From positions 512,394 through 576,393 of the forward strand of contig CBDBIB010000003.1 in assembly GCA_965205945.1 (NCBI GenBank): DNA of 64,000 nt, read 5' to 3'. The notes under the pieces are model-generated. The model ran no database searches. It saw nothing but the letters and a program-made list of their open reading frames with translations, and was not told where the DNA came from. Positions 31,901-39,631 of the stretch are shown piece by piece. Position 1 is the first letter of the stretch. Each line of letters opens with the position of its first letter. A program made the translations under genes and the position numbers. The DNA is from Bdellovibrionales bacterium. GTDB lineage: Bacteria; Bdellovibrionota; Bdellovibrionia; Bdellovibrionales; UBA1609.

Positions 31901-32145
31901 GAACTACCACAACACCAAGGGTGGCTAAAGATCAGTTTGGTCCTAGTGGAGATTATACAGCGCTTAACTCTGAGCCTTATGGTGGCTTAGGTGAGCTTTA
32001 TTCACGAACTGATACTTCCTTTGAAGGGATTCTTCGTGGAGGCGCCATTCTCAGATCAAGCAGTGGAATCTTTTCAACTATATTTTCTGCAGCAACAAAC
32101 ACCATTAATACTACTTTTGGGTTTCGTTGTGTTAAACATCCATAG
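25924..32145 (+). CDS. Giant (about 2070 aa) surface lipoprotein/adhesin: five Ig-like repeat modules, a CLec/FGE head, one Ig-like spacer and a second CLec/FGE head
   Basis: Lipobox LTGC. The ANASSY-type motif recurs at 26068, 26905, 27754, 28591 and 29422. Two FC(I/V)MKYEAK...NDEW...WD..GN..EW...GFRC domains at about 30225-31035 and 31338-32142. ATG 25924 is preferred over GTG 25912 because it matches the paralog start MKNLFLF. Confidence 0.85.
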   Translation: MKNLFLFLWAVVIFNLTGCGGGEKTATADKPAMVGQILSVKDSPVATKANASSYEVSGSCDESLGQVTITIGTGVKVVESASCLANSYSAILDVSSIITSPMVIVVKQGDKTASPVTLPENDQTSILKAPEIPDQNITNEEEITLSVQCSELGESVTFTNSSLNPNSQTYTCHETTVLDVTLTFATEQETSNSNLVIVSSVDVNENPTTNNTEFNLPIDHVAPVVSIQAGSDILQGSEASFTVTVTDGNSFVPFKPMPSSGTVNSGDCSLSSCQVTVTGATPGTLTLTVDIARVEDVAGNSNLLPSSGNLMVNSSSLTLNNLPIVTQANASSYDISGFCDDSAGEVTVSISSPESSRSAMCSNGSYSIDFNASFVESDSMTVKARQNNVTKTSSVKNDQTGPESAPTATSPGGYIGGNLNYNLLISCNEPKEIVSIRGLGIDPSPQTHTCTGAQEEGFSLTLTNSYETSNLNNLTISSTDEYLNPSRATTTVNVPVDTKGPEVEVSNNENIVQGQRAEFSIAVTDLNISTLSYTVNTSGVESLSYNCNTNPCLITTGVIQSAGELTLSVEANAVTDDVGNMGDSVLKSSTLTVAEAGTLSFNNPLSTINSQNASTYLVSGSCDDSLGDVTVSVNDVDTPFVCNSPGQFEGRIDLSSLSVSPVELTLTQGVKTVPANPFPVNDQTPIANAPTVGVQEHRKGTETTLDVNCNEAGEVLSFSGFGLNPSPQEHNCSSPLSNPESISLSLSSPIETQNLNRIDLNSEDKNGNPTTTASFFHLPIDNVAPVVSIEAGSDIIVGQTALFTITVEDGNTFESFTPISSSGTVSPSECSLSTCEISVTGAGKGLLTLTVPANRVVDIAGNSNIEPVSDSLTINEPNLTLDDLPVITQANASSYSIRGNCDAIGGRVLIRYDTAHASTPCLQTNRYDINVTNLRSRASINPLVITVEQGGASITKSVENDQISIPQAPTIVSLDPTNELSANVSVECNEAQEVVTFSNDVLKPNPQRYTCVGTTAVDVNLTFKTEQETLNPNFVTVSSVDKNENPTTDNTQFSLPVDHIGPRVEIMVGPDIIQGNDGSFRITVEDENTFMPFTPIPSSGTVSPSECSSSPCEITVTGADIGLLTLTVGAGDIVDAAKNSNTTESSASLRVTAFNLAVNDLPIATQANASSYEVSGHCDNGLGDVTVRIKEPEVLKSVNCLNEVYSASLDVSSVRTSPMVVVVEQGGNTAHPVTPPGNDQISIPQAPTIDALALTNEEEISVSVECSEVGEVVTFLNDVLHPNPQKYTCVGTTAVDVNLTFKTGQETSNPNFVIVSSVDVNENPTTNDTQFNLPVDHVAPVVSIEADSDIIVNDTASFTITVEDGNTFESFTPISSSGTVSPSECLSSPCEITVTEINNERLTVTIGAGDVVDAAGNANIVESSATLTIAPDLLCPENYVSVPSLDGYTRNNFCIMKYEAKDDGEGNVLAIASGTPYINISRDDAITKCQELGEGFDLITNDEWQTVARNIELVGSNWKNSTVGDPGGLSTGHSDGAPNGMLAASIDDNESCFSTEQTCDGETWNNQRRTQTLSNGQVIWDMAGNAREWIKDDNTSDYIFSRIYASQVTTDTDPTPRSFSIDGVDGTPRVAKDQFSPAGDYTSLSSSPYGGLGRFVLSTGKKHIVRGSKFLSNSPPSPAYQGLFTITTLPFGTESNLTGFRCAYHHTEGGPMVSIDSESLEDINASNAKNFRVSGSCSEGGQPVNVSVGGVSPVTAPNCFNEVWETTVDVTSLNKTSGTILITADHASFVGVNVQVSKNVTNNFICPENFVGVPSLQGYTTNSFCVMKYEAKNDGANNAVSMASGLPYVSINRDDAIAKCQAMGADYDLMTNDEWQTLARNIELVGDNWRNSIVGDVDGLSKGNISSATTVPVAASSDDNDSCFGLSRRSCDSNIWHDQRRTQTLSNGEIIWDVSGNAFEWVKDDNTVDYGVKANMSQVTGDTHQTLGSLSGGTTTTPRVAKDQFGPSGDYTALNSEPYGGLGELYSRTDTSFEGILRGGAILRSSSGIFSTIFSAATNTINTTFGFRCVKHP
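26040..30210 (+). repeat. Five intragenic tandem repeats of about 831-849 bp
   Basis: Spacing between the motif positions is 837, 849, 837 and 831 nt. Several near-identical DNA blocks are shared between copies. Confidence 0.85.
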
Positions 32146-32189
32146 GTTAACCACTCAGGTCATATCCATTGTAAAGAGTTGTATCTAAT

Positions 32190-32576
32190 TGGAAACGTCC
32201 ATGATATAAAGCCTTTAAAGAATCTTACAGATGGTTTGTTTGGAAAATGGGGTATATCTTAAAAGAAACTCTTTAAAAAACTTATTGAGTAAAGGTATTT
32301 AGTTGATTACTCATTAAAATTAAATATGAAAAATAAGTTTGTACTATTTTTTCATAAACTTTTACTGAGAAAAAGATATATTGTTGAGACTGTTTTTGGA
32401 ATTTTAAAAGAAGAGTTTCACATTAAACACTTTTGGCATAGAAGTTTAAAAAACTTTGTGATGAATGTTTTGTCAGCATTAACAGCATATTTTCTGCGCC
32501 CTTTTAAACCATCAATCCGTACTCAAACCCACCAAAATAGAATGTTGCAGTAGATTTAAAAAGTTCGAATTTGGGT
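32190..32576 (+). pseudogene. IS982-family transposase 3' half (degraded) with right end
   Basis: Broken GNVHDIKPLKNLTDGLFGK..GYI..KLI...LIT segment, then the ORF MKNKF..FHKLLLRKRYIVETVFGILK..HRS..NF.MN.LSAL.AY...PFKPS, ending TTCGAATTTGGGT. Confidence 0.8.
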
Positions 32577-32592
32577 TATTGTAGTAAATAAT

Positions 32593-32682
32593 GTTGGTTA
32601 TTTTAAAGCTAGTAATACGCATGAGGATGATGGTTTTAGCCTTAGCCTAAGTGGTGATGGCAACACCTTAGCTGTGGGAGCC
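32593..32682 (+). pseudogene. Relic of an FG-GAP/integrin-alpha-like repeat gene
   Basis: Translates VGYFKASNTHEDDGFSLSLSGDGNTLAVGA, matching the YxKASNT...D.FG.S..LS.DGNTLAVGA repeat. No start codon; the frame stops about 10 codons later. Confidence 0.7.
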
Positions 32683-32718
32683 ATAATAAGAGCAGTGATC
32701 TTGTTAAAATTATAGGCT

Positions 32719-32743
32719 CTAGGCTTAAAAAATTTAAGCCTGG
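32719..32743. terminator. Hairpin immediately after the agmatinase stop
   Basis: AGGCTTAAA-aaa-TTTAAGCCT inverted repeat. No clear U-tract. Confidence 0.45.
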
Positions 32744-32744
32744 G

Positions 32745-33764
32745 TTAGTTGCTTGAAAGAGCAAAGCAGCTTAATTCATAAAGTATTCTTGCTCCAATGA
32801 CTTCATCAAGCCCTTGGCCTAATGTATTTTTTTCTTTAGGAGAAACCTCTACTAAATCAAATCCAATTAAACAATGGCCTTTTTTATGAAGATATTGAAT
32901 AAGGTAGGTAGCTTGACTATAGTTTATTCCTCCTGGAACAGGGGTTCCTGTGTTTGGGCAAAATTCAGGGCTCATACCATCAATATCAAAGCTTATGTAA
33001 ATCTTTTCTTGTAGATCACTAAAGAGCTCATCTAAGCAAATGTGAAAGTTTTTTCCATTTAATAGCTTTGAATGAAGCTCTTGATCTAATAAAAAAGTAG
33101 AATTTTTTAATGCAAACTTATATTCGGATTCACAAAAATCTCTAATTCCTAATTGGTAAATACTTGGAGGACTGTTTATTTTAGTTTTTATGTTGTGCAT
33201 GATGGAAGCATGTGAGTACTTAAAGCCCTGGTACTCGTTTCTAAAATCAAAATGAGCATCAATGTGAATTATTGAAAAGTTGCCCTTATACTGTTCACTT
33301 AAAGCCTTAATTAGACCAAAGGGGCAGGAATGATCTCCTCCAACTAAACCAATTGTTTCTTTTGAGTTAAGGGTATTACTATAAATAAGTTGATTTAGTT
33401 GGTTAGATTTTTTATTTATAAAGTTTAAATCATTGGTGGAAGGAGGGTTTCCAGTATTAATGGCTGAAAGGATTCTTTTAGCCACAAGTGATGTGTCCTG
33501 ATTTAGTTTTAAAGTTTTTTTGAGTAAATCATCATGCCAAAAAATACCTTGTTTATATATTTTTTTAAAATAAGGGTGGAATAGATCCATTTGTTTTGTG
33601 GCTTTAAGGATTGAGCTTGGACCATTTACGGTTCCTTTTTTAAAAGAAGCAGTGGGCTCCCATGCTACAGGTAGCAGTTTTAACTTTGTAGGAATATTTT
33701 TAGGCATTCCAAAGATTGAAGAATTGTTAGTAAAAGTACTTTCTGGATTAAAATATGTTATCAT
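32745..33764 (-). CDS. speB: Agmatinase / arginase-family ureohydrolase
   Basis: GGDHS, HIDAHFD, SFDIDG..P..CPNTGTPVPGG and FDLVEV motifs. Confidence 0.88.
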   Translation of the reverse strand: MITYFNPESTFTNNSSIFGMPKNIPTKLKLLPVAWEPTASFKKGTVNGPSSILKATKQMDLFHPYFKKIYKQGIFWHDDLLKKTLKLNQDTSLVAKRILSAINTGNPPSTNDLNFINKKSNQLNQLIYSNTLNSKETIGLVGGDHSCPFGLIKALSEQYKGNFSIIHIDAHFDFRNEYQGFKYSHASIMHNIKTKINSPPSIYQLGIRDFCESEYKFALKNSTFLLDQELHSKLLNGKNFHICLDELFSDLQEKIYISFDIDGMSPEFCPNTGTPVPGGINYSQATYLIQYLHKKGHCLIGFDLVEVSPKEKNTLGQGLDEVIGARILYELSCFALSSN

Positions 33765-33766
33765 GC

Positions 33767-34381
33767 TTAATGTAAGTATTTAATGAGGATGAAAAGAGCA
33801 ACTAATAAACCTAAAATTATGAAAATTTTTTCAAACCATTTATCCATAAAAATTTTAATTTTTGTTCCAAAAAAATAAATTAAAGTACCGATTAGTAAAA
33901 AGCGAGAGCCTCGCCCAGCAATACAACCAAGTATAAAGGGTAAAAGGGGCAGGTTCATAGACCCAGCTGTTAAAGCAAAAGCTTTAAAGGGTAGAGGGGT
34001 GAAAGCTCCTAGTAATATAAAAAGAAAAACACTCTGGCTAAAGCGGGTTTTTATAGCTTCAAAAACATCATGAGAGAGCAAATATTGGAAAATAAAAGGG
34101 GAAAGGGAGTCCCAAAGAAGATTTCCTATGAAATAACCTGTGATTCCCCCTAAAATACTGAATAAACTTACCCAGATAGAGAGGGAGAGGGCTTTTTTAG
34201 GCTCCATGGAGGCTTTTGCTATAAGTATTGGATCTACTGGAATAGGAATAATTAAAGATTCTAAGTAGGCAAAAATATTTAAAAACCAAAAAGCATAGGT
34301 TTTTTTGCTTTCATTCATACTCCATACATAAAGGCGTCTTAAAGGGTTATTTCTTTTATTTTTTGCCTTAGGATCAGTCAT
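33767..34381 (-). CDS. YqaA/DedA (VTT domain) membrane protein
   Basis: ES.I.PIP.D, S..GG..GY..G, FTPLPFKAF...AG and GRGSRF motifs. Confidence 0.85.
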   Translation of the reverse strand: MTDPKAKNKRNNPLRRLYVWSMNESKKTYAFWFLNIFAYLESLIIPIPVDPILIAKASMEPKKALSLSIWVSLFSILGGITGYFIGNLLWDSLSPFIFQYLLSHDVFEAIKTRFSQSVFLFILLGAFTPLPFKAFALTAGSMNLPLLPFILGCIAGRGSRFLLIGTLIYFFGTKIKIFMDKWFEKIFIILGLLVALFILIKYLH

Positions 34382-34472
34382 TTTGGGTATTTTCCTTGCT
34401 TAGAGACGAAAGTTTTTAGACTCTGCTTTCTATATTATGTAGATATTTAAGAACCTCTTCAAGGAGAAATGG

Positions 34473-36116
34473 ATGAAGCTAATTTATGCACCTATTATGT
34501 TGTTAGTAACTGTTGCATTAGGCTGTTCAAAAAGTTTAGATGGTAGAAAGGTTGGAGCTAAAGATACCTTTATTCAAGTTTTAGGCAGTGAGCCTAGTGA
34601 TTTACATCCTATTAGAGCTAATGAGGTTGTTTCAAGTAAAATTGTATTGCAAAGCATTCATACCGCATCTGCTATAGTAGAAAGTTTGCTTTCAACGGAT
34701 TTAGATACATACAAGCCTATTCCAAATCTTGCTCAGAAATGGAAAATCTCTAAAGATAGAAAAACATTCACGTTTTATCTAAGAAAAGATGTTAAATTTC
34801 ATGATGGTACAATGATGACATCTAAGGATGTGGAGTTTTCTTTTAAAGCTCTTTTTGATGATTTATATGAGTCCTATGCTTTAAGAAGTTTTTATACGAA
34901 TTTTATTAAATCTGAAATTTTAGATAAGTATACAATTAGGTTTATAGCTAAAAACTCATATTATTTAAATCTGGATGTTATTGGGGGTTTAAGGGTTTTT
35001 CCAAAAGCTTTTTATTCTAAACAGACAAAAGAAAATAGTCTTGCAAAAACTGTTATGGGCTCAGGAGCGTATAAGTTTCATAAGTGGTCTAAGGGTAAGA
35101 GTATTACGATTATTGCAAATCCTCATTGGTGGGGGCGGAATGTTAAAACTGCTAAGAAAGAATATAAGTTTAAGAAAATTGTGTTTAAATTTATTAAAGA
35201 GGCTAGTTTAAGAAAGGCAATGCTTGAGCGAGGAAAACTTGATTATGATGACTCTGTTAGAGCTGAGGATTTTGTAAAAAAAATGACGGGTAAGCCTTGG
35301 GGTGAAACGGTTTTAAAAATTAAGGCTGTAAATAAGCTTCCTAAAAGTATGTCTTTTATAGGTTTAAATAATAAAAACAAAATTTTTAAAGATAAAAATA
35401 CAAGAGTGGCATTAGCGCATTTGGTAAATAGAAGTTTTTTAAATAAAAAATTCTATTATGGGATGAATGCTCCTTCTACAGGTCCTTTTAGAATTGATAG
35501 TGATTATTCAAACCCAAACACAAAACCAATTCTTTTTAACCCAGCAAAAGCCAGAAGGATTTTAACTAAAGCGGGCTGGGCAGATACGGATAAGGATGGT
35601 TTGTTGGATAAGGTTATTAATGGAGTGAAAACGCAATTTAAGTTTAACCTTCTTAATGCAAACAAGGATACTGAAAAAGTAATTACAGTCATTAAAGAAG
35701 ACATGAAAAAAGCAGGTATTAAAATGGTTATTCAAACTATTGACTGGAATGCTTTTACAAAAGCTTTAGATGAGAGAAAATTTGATGCTGTCATCATGGG
35801 GTGGGGTGGGGGTGGTGTAGATCCAGACCCTACTCAAATTTGGCATTCAAAAAGTATTGCAGGAAAGGGGTCTAATTTTATCAGTTACTCAAATCCTAAA
35901 GTTGATAATCTTATTGCGTCTGCTATTAACATCATGGATAAACCTAAAAGGTTGGTGGAATTTCATAAAATTCATAGTTTGATTGCTAAAGATGCTCCTT
36001 ATATTTTCTTTTTTGAACCTAAATATAGTATGTATGCTATTAGCAGTAGGGTACACAGACCTAAGGATACATATAATTATTCCATTGGATCTCATTTTTG
36101 GGCCTTACCGGAGTAG
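34473..36116 (+). CDS. ABC transporter family 5 (peptide) substrate-binding lipoprotein
   Basis: Lipobox ALGC, PNLA.KW, LRKDVKFHDG...T.KDV.FS, GSGAYK and D.TQIWHS motifs. Confidence 0.9.
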   Translation: MKLIYAPIMLLVTVALGCSKSLDGRKVGAKDTFIQVLGSEPSDLHPIRANEVVSSKIVLQSIHTASAIVESLLSTDLDTYKPIPNLAQKWKISKDRKTFTFYLRKDVKFHDGTMMTSKDVEFSFKALFDDLYESYALRSFYTNFIKSEILDKYTIRFIAKNSYYLNLDVIGGLRVFPKAFYSKQTKENSLAKTVMGSGAYKFHKWSKGKSITIIANPHWWGRNVKTAKKEYKFKKIVFKFIKEASLRKAMLERGKLDYDDSVRAEDFVKKMTGKPWGETVLKIKAVNKLPKSMSFIGLNNKNKIFKDKNTRVALAHLVNRSFLNKKFYYGMNAPSTGPFRIDSDYSNPNTKPILFNPAKARRILTKAGWADTDKDGLLDKVINGVKTQFKFNLLNANKDTEKVITVIKEDMKKAGIKMVIQTIDWNAFTKALDERKFDAVIMGWGGGGVDPDPTQIWHSKSIAGKGSNFISYSNPKVDNLIASAINIMDKPKRLVEFHKIHSLIAKDAPYIFFFEPKYSMYAISSRVHRPKDTYNYSIGSHFWALPE

Positions 36117-36119
36117 GTA

Positions 36120-37127
36120 ATGCTTAAATATTTTTTAAAAAGAATTTTATTAATATTTCCTACTTTAATAGGAGTAACTTTAATTTCTTTTGTTTTGTTG
36201 AATCTAACTCCAGGAGGGCCAATTGAACAAAAGATTCAACAAATTAAACAGGCTCAACAGGCTTCTGGCCAAAATTTTGGTGTTTCTGAAGAAGTGATTA
36301 AGGGTCTTAAAAAACAATATGGTTTTGATAAGCCAATACATATAAGATATTTAATTTGGATTTCTAGCCTTGTACGATTAGATTTTGGTAAGTCATTTTC
36401 TTTTGAAGAACCAGCCCTAGATGTAATCTTAAGCCGTATTCCCATATCACTTCAATTTGGATTAATATCATTTTTTTTAATTTATTTAGTCTGTGTGCCT
36501 CTTGGAATAAAGAAAGCTGTGAATGATGACTCAACCTTTGATCATGTGACCTCCTTTTTCTTAATTATTTTATATTCAATTCCTCCATTAATGCTTGGAA
36601 TTTTATTAAGGAATTTTTTAGCAAACCCAATGTATTTAGAATGGTTTCCACTTCAAGGCTCGGCTTCAGATGAGTATGAATATCTTTCATTTATAGAACA
36701 GGTTTGGGATAGGGTACATCATTTTATATTACCTCTTTTATGTTACATGATTGGTGGATTTACAGCGCTTACATTTTTAATGAAGAACTCGCTTCTTGAT
36801 GAAATTAAATTAGATTATGTAAGAACAGCTAGGGCTAAAGGTTTGACTGAGAAAATGGTGGTTTATAGGCATGCACTTAGGAATGCATTGATTCCAATTG
36901 CTACTAGTTTAGGTTCATTTTTAGGGATATTTTTAGCTGGTTCAATTATTATTGAAGAAATTTTTAATATTTATGGAATGGGTCAGTTAAGTTATACAGC
37001 TCTTTTGCAAAGGGATTATAATATTAGTATGGGTATTATTTTTTTATCATCATTATTCTTACTTTGTGGTCGTTTGATTAGTGATTTTCTTTATATAGTT
37101 GTTGATCCAAGGATTGATTTTTCATGA
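36120..37127 (+). CDS. ABC peptide transporter permease (YejB/OppB-like)
   Basis: PGGPIEQ, YGFDKP, DFGKSF, DYVRTARAKGL, HALRNA and VDPRI motifs. Confidence 0.9.
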   Translation: MLKYFLKRILLIFPTLIGVTLISFVLLNLTPGGPIEQKIQQIKQAQQASGQNFGVSEEVIKGLKKQYGFDKPIHIRYLIWISSLVRLDFGKSFSFEEPALDVILSRIPISLQFGLISFFLIYLVCVPLGIKKAVNDDSTFDHVTSFFLIILYSIPPLMLGILLRNFLANPMYLEWFPLQGSASDEYEYLSFIEQVWDRVHHFILPLLCYMIGGFTALTFLMKNSLLDEIKLDYVRTARAKGLTEKMVVYRHALRNALIPIATSLGSFLGIFLAGSIIIEEIFNIYGMGQLSYTALLQRDYNISMGIIFLSSLFLLCGRLISDFLYIVVDPRIDFS

Positions 37128-38140
37128 TTAAACGTTTTATTAAAAATGAGCAGACCCTTAAAAGAATAAAAAGATTTAAGGCTCAAAAAAGAGCTGTGTT
37201 TTCTTTGTACTTAACTATTTTAATTTTATTTGTAAGCTTATCTGCTGAAATGTGGGCTAACAATAAACCTCTTGTCATGGTTTATAAGGGATCACTTTAT
37301 TTCCCAGTTTTTAAAACGTATCATCCAACAGAGTTTGGTCGTGATGATATTTTCTCAATGGATTATCGCTCCATCCCTAAAAAGGATGTCTCTTTAACAG
37401 TGTGGCCATTAATTAAGTGGGATCCTTATGAATCTAATAAAAATGTGGAGGATTATCCATCAGCGCCAAGCTCTATAAACATCCTAGGAACTGATGATAG
37501 AGGTCGAGATGTTTTTGCTCGTCTTCTTTATGGCTTTAGGTACTCATTTGGTTATGCACTTTTAGTGTGGCTGTTTTCTTATACACTGGGCATTATGATA
37601 GGTTCTATGATGGGCTTTATTGGTGGAAAAGTGGATTTATTTGGTCAACGTGTAGCCGAAGTTTTTGAATCTATGCCGATTTTTTATATGCTTTTGTTTA
37701 TTTCATCTATTTTTACACCTAATCTTTGGTTACTAGTTGGAATTGCAACAACTTTTTATTGGATGACGATTTCAGTTTATATTCGTGCTGAAGTTTTAAA
37801 ACTTAGAAAAAGAGAATTTGTTGAGGCAGCAAAAGCAATGGGAGCATCTAAGTCAGCGGTGATTTTTAAACATATTTTGCCAAACGCACTAGGTCCAGTG
37901 GTTACTTTTTCACCATTTTCTATTGCTGTTCAAATTTCATTTTTAGCAAATATAGATTATTTAGGCTTTGGATTAAGACCTCCTACTCCATCTTGGGGTG
38001 AGCTTTTACAACAGTCAAAACAACATTTTATGACAGCCTGGTGGTTAGGGCTGTTTACGTCAATAGCACTTTTTGTATCTTTGGTTGTATTAAATTTTAT
38101 TGGTGAAGGTGTTAGAGATGCTTTTGATCCAAGAAAATAA
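37124..38140 (+). CDS. ABC peptide transporter permease (YejE/OppC-like)
   Basis: AN.KPL, LGTDDRGRDV.ARL.YGFR, FVEAAKAMG, PSWGELL and GEGVRDAFDPR motifs. Confidence 0.9.
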   Translation: MIKRFIKNEQTLKRIKRFKAQKRAVFSLYLTILILFVSLSAEMWANNKPLVMVYKGSLYFPVFKTYHPTEFGRDDIFSMDYRSIPKKDVSLTVWPLIKWDPYESNKNVEDYPSAPSSINILGTDDRGRDVFARLLYGFRYSFGYALLVWLFSYTLGIMIGSMMGFIGGKVDLFGQRVAEVFESMPIFYMLLFISSIFTPNLWLLVGIATTFYWMTISVYIRAEVLKLRKREFVEAAKAMGASKSAVIFKHILPNALGPVVTFSPFSIAVQISFLANIDYLGFGLRPPTPSWGELLQQSKQHFMTAWWLGLFTSIALFVSLVVLNFIGEGVRDAFDPRK

Positions 38141-38230
38141 GGTGTTGGTTTTATTTAAAATATCTAGAGTTTTCTTGGGGTTAAAATAAGTTATTGCTTA
38201 ATAAATTTAGAAATAACACTTAAAGGTTTA

Positions 38231-39514
38231 TTAAAGAGTTTTAATAATATTTTTTGCTTTTAAGAGATTTTCAGGAGCAACATAGAGCCTTTCAATTTTT
38301 CTATTTTTTTTATATTTTTGAAAGATCTCGGTTTGCTCCTCAATTTTATAAGGCTTAGTTTGTATATCGTAAGGGTCTACAACAAAGATAGGTTGAGCCT
38401 TATCAGCTTCATTGCTTAAGTGATACTTACTTAATTGGGCCGTAGAATTTGCAAGTATGTACTCAATTGAGCTGCTTTTTAAGGCGGCTTTCATTTTTAA
38501 AATTCTAGGGTTGGACTCTGTTGTGTGAAGCTCAAATAAAACTTTAAAAGGTTTTCTTTGGGCAATTCTTTGAGCCCAAGGACTAGCGGTTTGGTTTAAA
38601 TGCTGGAAAAGGGCCATGTCGGTACAGTGTGTATATGCCTCAATGTCGCAGGGAAGAGTGAATGTGCAGTGGTCTGATTTTAAGTACCTGTGAAGCATCT
38701 CTTCGTAGATGATGGATTTGTGATGAAAGTAAACCATTAGGTGCATATGATGTCTTGAAAGTAAAAAGTCATCAAATGTATAAAGCGCTCGTCTTCTAAG
38801 AGCTAAGTATACATTATCACTTTGAATATGAAAGGATAGATGGTTTATAAGCCATTCTAATTCTACCTTGCCGTAGTTTGTTCCACAAAAATATGCATCA
38901 CGTCCAAGGTAGTCCATTCTGTCTACATCTAATTCACTGCTTATAAGTTGGCTTAAAATGGGCTTAAAATTTAAACCCCGGTCTTTAAAAAAATCATCAC
39001 TAATTAAAAGCTCTTTATCAATTAAAGAGGCAATATGAAAAGGTGAAACATTAGTATCATTTAATACAGTTGTTATTGATGAATCTGTTATGAATTTTAT
39101 AGTATAGTCTTCATGATTTGCTTGTTTTTTTAGATTTATAGGATTTTGTTTAAATTTGTAAGCTTTAATTTTTAAATCTTTAACAGAGGGCATAACCTCT
39201 TCAGTAGAGTGGCTTAATGGGCCATGGCCAATGTCATGTAGTAGTGCTGCCATTCTAAGGGTTTGTCTTAAAGAGTTGCGTTTTTCTACAGTACTAAAAC
39301 TATAGTTTTTAAAGATTTCATCAAAAGATTTTCCTGCTAGATGTGCTACGCCAATAGAGTGTAAGAACCTATTATGAGTTGCACCAGGGAAGCTAAACTC
39401 TGAGAATCCAAGTTGTTTAATGGCTCGAAGTCTTTGGTATGCTGCGCTGTCGCATAAGGCTATTTCTGGCTTTGAAAGGGCAATTGAACCATGTATAGGA
39501 TCTCTAATCTCCAT
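38231..39514 (-). CDS. HD-domain phosphohydrolase (dNTP triphosphohydrolase/SAMHD1-like)
   Basis: RDPIHG, QRLR.IKQLG, H.RF.HSIG, LLHDIGHGP.SH and LDVDRMDYL.RD motifs. Confidence 0.9.
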   Translation of the reverse strand: MEIRDPIHGSIALSKPEIALCDSAAYQRLRAIKQLGFSEFSFPGATHNRFLHSIGVAHLAGKSFDEIFKNYSFSTVEKRNSLRQTLRMAALLHDIGHGPLSHSTEEVMPSVKDLKIKAYKFKQNPINLKKQANHEDYTIKFITDSSITTVLNDTNVSPFHIASLIDKELLISDDFFKDRGLNFKPILSQLISSELDVDRMDYLGRDAYFCGTNYGKVELEWLINHLSFHIQSDNVYLALRRRALYTFDDFLLSRHHMHLMVYFHHKSIIYEEMLHRYLKSDHCTFTLPCDIEAYTHCTDMALFQHLNQTASPWAQRIAQRKPFKVLFELHTTESNPRILKMKAALKSSSIEYILANSTAQLSKYHLSNEADKAQPIFVVDPYDIQTKPYKIEEQTEIFQKYKKNRKIERLYVAPENLLKAKNIIKTL

Positions 39515-39631
39515 TTAAAAGGCCTCCTTAAAGAGCAGAGTCTTTTATATAACTGTTTCTAGAATATGCTGTCTAGCCTTTCTTATGAATAATGGATAAT
39601 ATTATTAAAATACTATTAAAGGAGGGGTGTT

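Noticed and set aside
12422..32744. A complete diversity-generating retroelement
   Set aside because: No reverse transcriptase or Avd ORF, and no non-coding near-copy of any head 3' region was seen in the spacers. The variable segments also differ in length.
36764..36772. CGCTTAC as the right end of the IS66
   Set aside because: It lies inside an intact permease gene and the inverted match does not extend.
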